DNA of 62,760 nucleotides, from NCBI GenBank assembly GCA_049967475.1, contig JBMFSQ010000021.1:1-62760 (forward strand), in the 5' to 3' direction. Numbering within the stretch: the first letter of the stretch is position 1; each line of letters starts with the position of its first letter. This document shows positions 57,312 to 62,760 of this stretch, one piece after another. The stretch comes from Chthonomonadales bacterium. Lineage in GTDB: Bacteria; Armatimonadota; Chthonomonadetes; Chthonomonadales; CAJBBX01. The notes below the pieces were generated by a model. That model saw nothing but the letters and a program-made list of their open reading frames with translations. It was not told where the DNA came from and made no database searches. The translations under genes and the position numbers were made by a program.

Positions 57312-57974
57312 TTGGAAAGGAAAGGATCCATCGTTTTGCAAATCAATGCCATAGCCGAGGATCTCCGGCGGAAAATGGAGGCGGCCAATACCGCCCGGGA
57401 GGCTGCCCTCACGGAATGCCGCAGCATAATCCGCGCCTCCTCGCGCGCCATCCGGGCGATCCACCGGCTCGAAGACGCATCCGCGGAGAGGCAGCTCAAG
57501 GAGGTCCACAAGCAAGTTCAGGAGCTGCGGGAAAGCCTAAAAGCCCATCCTGAGGTGTACTATGCCGGCTATGTGCACGATGCCCAGAAGGAGTATGTGG
57601 AAGCCCAAGCCCTTTTGGCCATTGTGCGGGGCACGCCGCTGCCTGGCCCGGAAGATCTGGGGGTGGAGCCCGCCGCCTACTTGAACGGCCTGGCAGAAGC
57701 CGGCAGCGAATGCCGCCGATATATCCTGGATCGCCTTAGGGCGGACGACGCAGGCACGGCCGATCGCTTGCTTGACGCCATGGACGAGCTCTATTATGAA
57801 CTGATTACGTTTGACTTTCCGGACGCCTTGACCGGTGGCCTACGGAGGACCACCGATGCCTTTCGCGCAGTGCTGGAACGAACGCGCGGCGACGTGACTC
57901 TGAGTATGCAACAGCGGGCCCTGCGCGATGTGCTGGTCGCCGGGAAAGTTTCCCCTCCGGGTGACGCGCGGTGA
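57312..57974 (+). CDS. Translin/TRAX family protein
   Basis: All-helical; RE..L...R.IIR.S..AI..IH, QKEYVEA, YLNGLAE..SE.RR, LRR..D; the start may be TTG 57336. Confidence 0.8.
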   Translation: MERKGSIVLQINAIAEDLRRKMEAANTAREAALTECRSIIRASSRAIRAIHRLEDASAERQLKEVHKQVQELRESLKAHPEVYYAGYVHDAQKEYVEAQALLAIVRGTPLPGPEDLGVEPAAYLNGLAEAGSECRRYILDRLRADDAGTADRLLDAMDELYYELITFDFPDALTGGLRRTTDAFRAVLERTRGDVTLSMQQRALRDVLVAGKVSPPGDAR

Positions 57975-58744
57975 AGACCTCTCAGGGATCTGCCGATGCT
58001 CGGGCTTCTATGCAGGCTTCGGTCACTGCCAAGCACGGCGCCTATGTGCCGGGTCTCCTCACGGTTCTCATGCCGGTGTATAACGAGGTTGCTACTCTGC
58101 CAGAGGCATTGACAAGGGTGTTGGATGCCCCTGTGGAAAAAGAAGTCATTATCGTAGACGATGCCTCCACAGACGGCACGCGGGAATTCCTCCAGCAGCA
58201 GGTTGACGGCCATTATCAACAGGTGCGGGTGCTCTATCTGGATGCGAATGGAGGAAAGGGTACAGCGATTAGAGCAGCAATCCCCCATATCCGGGGCGAG
58301 TTCGTCGTGATCCAAGACGGTGATCTGGAATACGATCCCCAGGACTATCCGCTGCTGCTTCGTCCTATGATGGAGGATGGGGCCCATATTGTGTACGGAA
58401 GCCGCTTCCTCAAGTCGCGGCCCAAGATGCGGTTGCCCAACCGCTTCATCAATTGGCTCCTTGCTTTGATCGTGCGGGTGTTCTTCCGTGCTCCCATTAC
58501 GGATGAGGCCACGTGCTACAAGGCGTTTCGGAGCGAGGTCCTGGCTTCCATCCCCTTGGCATGCAGGCGCTTCGAGTTCTGCCCCGAAGTTACCGCGAAA
58601 GCCCTGCGGCGGGGATACCGTATTGTAGAGGTGCCCATTCGGTATACGGCTCGTTCCAAAGCGGAAGGAAAGAAGATCCGCTGGACAGACGGCATCACCG
58701 CGGTTTGGACGCTCCTGCGATACCGCTTTTGGAGACCTCGCTAG
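57971..58744 (+). CDS. GT2 glycosyltransferase, polyprenol-phosphate sugar synthase (DPM1-like)
   Basis: PVYNE, VDDASTDGT, GKGTA, QDGDLEYDP, YGSRF, TCYKAF, EGKKIRW.DG. Confidence 0.9.
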   Translation: MKTSQGSADARASMQASVTAKHGAYVPGLLTVLMPVYNEVATLPEALTRVLDAPVEKEVIIVDDASTDGTREFLQQQVDGHYQQVRVLYLDANGGKGTAIRAAIPHIRGEFVVIQDGDLEYDPQDYPLLLRPMMEDGAHIVYGSRFLKSRPKMRLPNRFINWLLALIVRVFFRAPITDEATCYKAFRSEVLASIPLACRRFEFCPEVTAKALRRGYRIVEVPIRYTARSKAEGKKIRWTDGITAVWTLLRYRFWRPR

Positions 58745-59508
58745 GTTCCCTTTGGCGCCGGATATTGGCGCTTCACCGCATTGCCTGGTATGGCTGCTCG
58801 GAAATCCGCGTCTGTGAGCGATGGGTTTGCCCTGAGCTTGACGTACTCCTCTACGAGCGTTGCTTGCCCGCTCACTTTGCCCTTGCTTCCCGCAGCCGTT
58901 CCCGCAAGGACAACCTGGGCTTTGCGCAACAGATGCGAGGCCGGTTCGATCCAGAGCGACACCTTCTTGACATCGCTTTGCACGGTCGGGATGCCTGAGA
59001 CTACCATGCATGCAACGGATCCTACGCGGGCATTGCCTGCCGCCTTCCACGCCATGGAGGGAGCACCGCCGTGCTCTTCCAGGAAGTAGAGGGCGTCGTA
59101 GGGAGCTGCAGCGATGGCATGATTGAACAGTTCCACATCGGCGCGGTTGAGGAGCTGTATCGTCTCTCCGATGCTTCGACCGGCCGGGATGGACACGTAC
59201 TGATTGAAACGGGTGTTGTAGGCAGTGGCGGTCCGGCCGTCGGAGGCGAAGGTGAGGGTTCCGTTTTGCGGCGTTGTAACGGAGATATAAAGGCGGTTGG
59301 GCTTTTGCACGCGCACGGTTGCCGTGGATCCGATGGAGGCTGTTCGCCCGCCCTGCCGAATGTAGATCGTAGCCGTGGCCGTGTAGGAGCAAGCCTTCAA
59401 GTTTCGGTATGCAGCGTCCACCTGCTTCACCAAGATCGCTGCGTTTTGTTGGGCATATGCGCTGACCCTGGGCAAAACGAGGATGGCAATACAAAGAGCG
59501 GGCTTCAT
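58741..59508 (-). CDS. Secreted LolA-like / DUF2092-like protein
   Basis: Signal peptide (AYA), KPNRL, SDGRT..YN..NQY, LWI, C-terminal NP.L.D..F...P..A. Confidence 0.7.
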   Translation of the reverse strand: MKPALCIAILVLPRVSAYAQQNAAILVKQVDAAYRNLKACSYTATATIYIRQGGRTASIGSTATVRVQKPNRLYISVTTPQNGTLTFASDGRTATAYNTRFNQYVSIPAGRSIGETIQLLNRADVELFNHAIAAAPYDALYFLEEHGGAPSMAWKAAGNARVGSVACMVVSGIPTVQSDVKKVSLWIEPASHLLRKAQVVLAGTAAGSKGKVSGQATLVEEYVKLRANPSLTDADFRAAIPGNAVKRQYPAPKGT

Positions 59509-59617
59509 GTTGGGCCTCCGTTTCTTGGAGTTGCGCGCCGGATCGGCGGTTCCTTTTCCTTATCGGCACGAGGGAGGTGTCGCTGGAGCGCAGGCCGGAG
59601 CGGGCTATCTGATGGCG

Positions 59618-59646
59618 AGTATAGCGGCCAACCCCTGCCGTGTCAA
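59618..59646 (-). promoter_or_regulatory. sigma70 promoter TTGACA-N17-TATACT for the LolA-like gene
   Basis: Reverse complements of tgtcaa (59641-59646) and agtata (59618-59623). Confidence 0.6.
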
Positions 59647-60016
59647 CCATCGAGGCGGAAAGAGGCTGGAATGAGGGCGGAGCAGGGTGGTGCCGTTTGG
59701 TTATGGGCCGCGACCGGGCTGCGCGAGGCGGTGCAGGGCGCGCTCAGCGTAGGCGCGCACCATGGCATTCTGTCTGCGACGTGCTTCCCGGCGACCTCGC
59801 GGGCCAGCGAAGCAAAGGGAGATGCTTGCGGGAGCATGCAGACACTCAGAGCCCGGGCTCGGATTCCGCTTGATTTCTTGATTACGGCCCCGCACATGAA
59901 CGCCCGGCAGCCGCGCGCGTTCTGCCCCAGTAACCGCTTGAACGCGGTCCGTTGAGGCAGGATCATGGCGCGGTCGCGGCTAATGAAAGGGTCAACCAGA
60001 ATGGGAGGACCTGTGC

Positions 60017-61633
60017 ATGGCCGGCCGCCGGCACAAAGCATCGGAATGGCTCGCTATGATAGACGCCGGGCGCTCCCGCCTCCGGCAAGCCGTAAACCTG
60101 CTGTATCCGAGCGGGTCGGAACAGGCAGCGGCGCTGATCGAGCGGCTGCGCTGCGCCCTCCTTCTCTACCTTCAGGAATACGGCGATGCTGAGGTTGTAA
60201 TTGCCCGCGCCCCCGGCCGCCTCAATCTGATGGGGCGCCATATAGATCACCAGGGCGGCCGATGCAACATGGTGGCGCTGGACCGAGACCTTTTGGTGGT
60301 GGCAGGAAGGCGTCCTGGCGGGCAGATCGCTGCTGCCAATACGGCCGGGGCCCTTTATCCCAAACGCGCTTTCCACGCGGCTCATCTGCCCAGCCCATTG
60401 GAAGCCGCCCGCTGGCGGGAGTACCTGGATGCCACCGCTTTCCGGGTGGGGGCAGGAGGGATCGGATCGGATTGGTCCAGGTATGTCGAGGCGCCACTGG
60501 CCCGCCTCTCCGCATTAGGGAAGCTGCCTAAGGGTGCAGGGATGAACCTTGTGGTGGATGGACAGGTTCCTTCAGCGGCGGGGCTGAGTTCGTCCTCTGC
60601 CATTGTAGTGGCCGTGATGGAGGCGGCCTGCGCGCTTTACGGCATCCCGCTGGATGCCGCAGAATTCGTGGAGCTTTGTGGAGAGGCCGAGTGGTATGTA
60701 GGCACAAGGGGCGGAGCGGGCGACCATGCCGCCATCAAAATGGCCATGCCGGGTCAGGTGGTGCAGTTGGATTTCCATCCCTTCCGATATGGTGGAGCAG
60801 CGCCCCTCCCCGACGGCTGCGGGCTGCTCATCTGCAATACGCGCATGGAGGCCCGCAAAACGGCCGGAGCACGGCACCAGTTCAATCATCGCGTGGCTTG
60901 CTACCACTTAGGCCGTGAGTGGATCTACAGCCTGCAGCCGGCGTTGCGGGAACGGGTACGGTGCCTGAGGGATCTGCTTCCCGATCGCAGCGGTATGAAG
61001 CCGGCGCAGCTTCTGAGGTTAGTTGCAGCACTTCCCATGGAGGTGAGCCGCCGGGAGCTGCGCAGCCGTTTGGGATCGGATGCGGTGGATGCATGGTTGA
61101 GCACCCATGACGAACCATCGGACGGCTATCCTCTGCGGGGCGTTGTGCTCTACGGCTTGGCAGAGTGCGAGCGAAGCCTTCGGGCCGCAGACCTTCTCCG
61201 AACAGGCCGCGTAGAACAATTGGGCAAGTGGATGGATCTGTCGCATGATGGCGATCGGGTAGTACGGTGGAACGGTGTGTCGGCGCAGCCCTATCGAATG
61301 GATATGTCCGATGCGGCGATGGCACGCCTCATCGCGGCGGCAGAGGATCCGGCATCATCCTTCGATTTGGCCGACGTGCCGGGGTATTACGGCTGCAGCA
61401 CTCCCGACCTCGATGCCGCAGTAGACATTGCGCGGGGGGTGGACGGGGTGTTGGGCGCGCAGTTATCGGGAGCCGGATTGGGCGGATGCATCATGGTCTT
61501 GGCGCGCCGCGACGCTTTGGCCCGCGTGGCCGAGGATCTCGCTGCCCGCTGGTATCGGCCGCGGGGCATCGAGCCCGATCTGTTTCCATGCAACCCATCG
61601 GCTGGAAGCGGTATCATAACTTTAGAGAGTTGA
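60017..61633 (+). CDS. GHMP-family sugar kinase, divergent galactokinase-like
   Basis: APGRLNLMGRHIDHQGG, PSAAGLSSSSA, GAQLSGAGLGG; GGAGGA RBS. Confidence 0.85.
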   Translation: MAGRRHKASEWLAMIDAGRSRLRQAVNLLYPSGSEQAAALIERLRCALLLYLQEYGDAEVVIARAPGRLNLMGRHIDHQGGRCNMVALDRDLLVVAGRRPGGQIAAANTAGALYPKRAFHAAHLPSPLEAARWREYLDATAFRVGAGGIGSDWSRYVEAPLARLSALGKLPKGAGMNLVVDGQVPSAAGLSSSSAIVVAVMEAACALYGIPLDAAEFVELCGEAEWYVGTRGGAGDHAAIKMAMPGQVVQLDFHPFRYGGAAPLPDGCGLLICNTRMEARKTAGARHQFNHRVACYHLGREWIYSLQPALRERVRCLRDLLPDRSGMKPAQLLRLVAALPMEVSRRELRSRLGSDAVDAWLSTHDEPSDGYPLRGVVLYGLAECERSLRAADLLRTGRVEQLGKWMDLSHDGDRVVRWNGVSAQPYRMDMSDAAMARLIAAAEDPASSFDLADVPGYYGCSTPDLDAAVDIARGVDGVLGAQLSGAGLGGCIMVLARRDALARVAEDLAARWYRPRGIEPDLFPCNPSAGSGIITLES

Positions 61634-61659
61634 CGCATTCGCAATGCTTGTGTTATCAT
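61630..61659 (+). promoter_or_regulatory. sigma70 promoter TTGACG-N18-TATCAT with an inverted repeat GCATT-cgc-AATGC in the spacer
   Basis: TTGACG 61630-61635, extended TG, TATCAT 61654-61659. Confidence 0.55.
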
Positions 61660-61686
61660 GCGACACGCTGAATGGGAGGCCAAGGC

Positions 61687-62568
61687 ATGTCCGTACTGAC
61701 ACAGGAACAAGTCGCCCGTTTCCACCGGGACGGGTATCTGCGCTATGGGCGCGTGCTCTCCGCCGATCAGGTGGAACGACTGCGGTCGGAGTTGGAGCGC
61801 ATCATCAAGGAAGAGGAGGAATTGGGTGACGCTGTTGCGCGGCCGCCCGAGTTTCGCTGGGGTCACCGGCGGAGCGGCGCGTCGGGAGATGCAGGATATG
61901 GCGGCCGAGCCATTCATCAGTTTGTGAACATGTGGAAGGTGTCCCCACAGTACCGTGAGGTGATCCACCACCCGGCGATCACCGGCGCCATTCGCGAATT
62001 GATGCATGTAGACCACATTCGCCTGTGGCATGATCAGGTGATCTCGAAGCCGCCCAGGGAGAACGACCACTTTGCGTGCCATCACGATTTCTACTTCTGG
62101 CCTTTGGACCGCCCCACAATGATTACGTGCTGGCTCGCGCTGGATGATGCCTTTCCGGAGAATGGCTGTATGCACGTGGTGCCGGGAAGCCACCGCGATC
62201 CGCGCTATCAACCTGCGGACTGCGATCTCGCTGAGGACATCTACCTCTCGCCTGCCCCCGGCGGGCCGGGAGAGCCCGGGAGCCTCTACCACGACATCCG
62301 AACGTGGCTTCCGCACCAGGCCGTACCGGTGCCGCTCAAAGCCGGGGAGTGCATGTTCCACCATTGCCTCAATTGGCACATGACGCCCAAGAATGTAACG
62401 GACCAGCATAGGCGTGCATTTGTGATCATCTACATGCCCGACGGTACCCGCTACAAACATTCCCAATCTCCCAACCACATATGCACGCAGTACCTCAACT
62501 TGCCCGATGGAGCGCCCATGGGCGGGGAAAACTTTCCGCTGGCGGGCGAGGGTGGAGGCGCCCCCTAG
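61687..62568 (+). CDS. Phytanoyl-CoA dioxygenase (PhyH) family Fe(II)/2OG oxygenase
   Basis: FHRDGYL, HHD (HxD), WLALDDA..ENGC..VPGSH, distal H in NWHMT, RRAF. Confidence 0.9.
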   Translation: MSVLTQEQVARFHRDGYLRYGRVLSADQVERLRSELERIIKEEEELGDAVARPPEFRWGHRRSGASGDAGYGGRAIHQFVNMWKVSPQYREVIHHPAITGAIRELMHVDHIRLWHDQVISKPPRENDHFACHHDFYFWPLDRPTMITCWLALDDAFPENGCMHVVPGSHRDPRYQPADCDLAEDIYLSPAPGGPGEPGSLYHDIRTWLPHQAVPVPLKAGECMFHHCLNWHMTPKNVTDQHRRAFVIIYMPDGTRYKHSQSPNHICTQYLNLPDGAPMGGENFPLAGEGGGAP

Positions 62569-62760
62569 AATAGGGCCGCAATGTGGGATGGCGGATATGG
62601 TGGATGCGGGGTACGGCGCAACCGCCATGGCGCGCTGATTGTGCCCCTGTTCGGCGCACGGGTAGTAGAGCCCTAGACTGCGGGTAGGGGCGCCGGCCGG
62701 TTAAGCGCAAAAGAGCCCGAGGTCTTGGGAGTTCCCGCAGACTTCGCAGACCGGCTTGCG

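Noticed and set aside
57794..59955. Long shadow ORFs (57794-59650 minus, 59071-59955 plus; also 6941-8293, 39071-40588, 44492-45712)
   Set aside because: They overlap well-supported genes and lack motifs; typical high-GC artefacts
1..62760. CRISPR arrays, tRNA/rRNA genes (including tRNA-Sec) and IS elements
   Set aside because: No regularly spaced repeats, cloverleaf motifs or transposase ORFs were seen by eye; a tool scan would be more sensitive

Overview
GC-rich bacterial chromosomal window of mostly housekeeping and carbohydrate-use genes. The organism looks diderm; Armatimonadota is my guess from gene content, not verified. No mobile element, CRISPR array, rRNA or tRNA was seen. Contents in order: TagA/WecB glycosyltransferase, PHP (HisJ-like) hydrolase and PfkB kinase; a minus-strand arginine cluster argC-argJ-argB-argD-argF-argG-[ABC ATPase, Ig-domain permease]-argH; a serine hydrolase, nth and a prepilin; a carbohydrate locus (galM, GH2, beta-propellers, LacI, two clan GH-A-like enzymes, DUF1080); a four-gene ABC-2 exporter; a 1206-aa secreted protein; hslU without hslV; rbsC-like permease, galU, class III aminotransferase and Gfo/Idh/MocA; a small PD-(D/E)XK-like ORF; infC(ATC start)-rpmI-rplT-pheS-pheT; a GT-C glycosyltransferase, xerD, deoB, DUF488, pdp, radC, a translin/TRAX homologue and GT2; a LolA-like protein, a divergent GHMP kinase and a PhyH dioxygenase. 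The most notable signal is missed by the ORF track. Two tandem small membrane-protein genes (14595-14783 and 14909-15109) each have a strong RBS, an in-frame TGA directly after Thr, a Cys 4-5 codons later (U-G-L-T-C; U-M-S-D-A-C) and a hairpin starting 10-11 nt after the TGA. They are candidate selenoproteins with bacterial SECIS elements.
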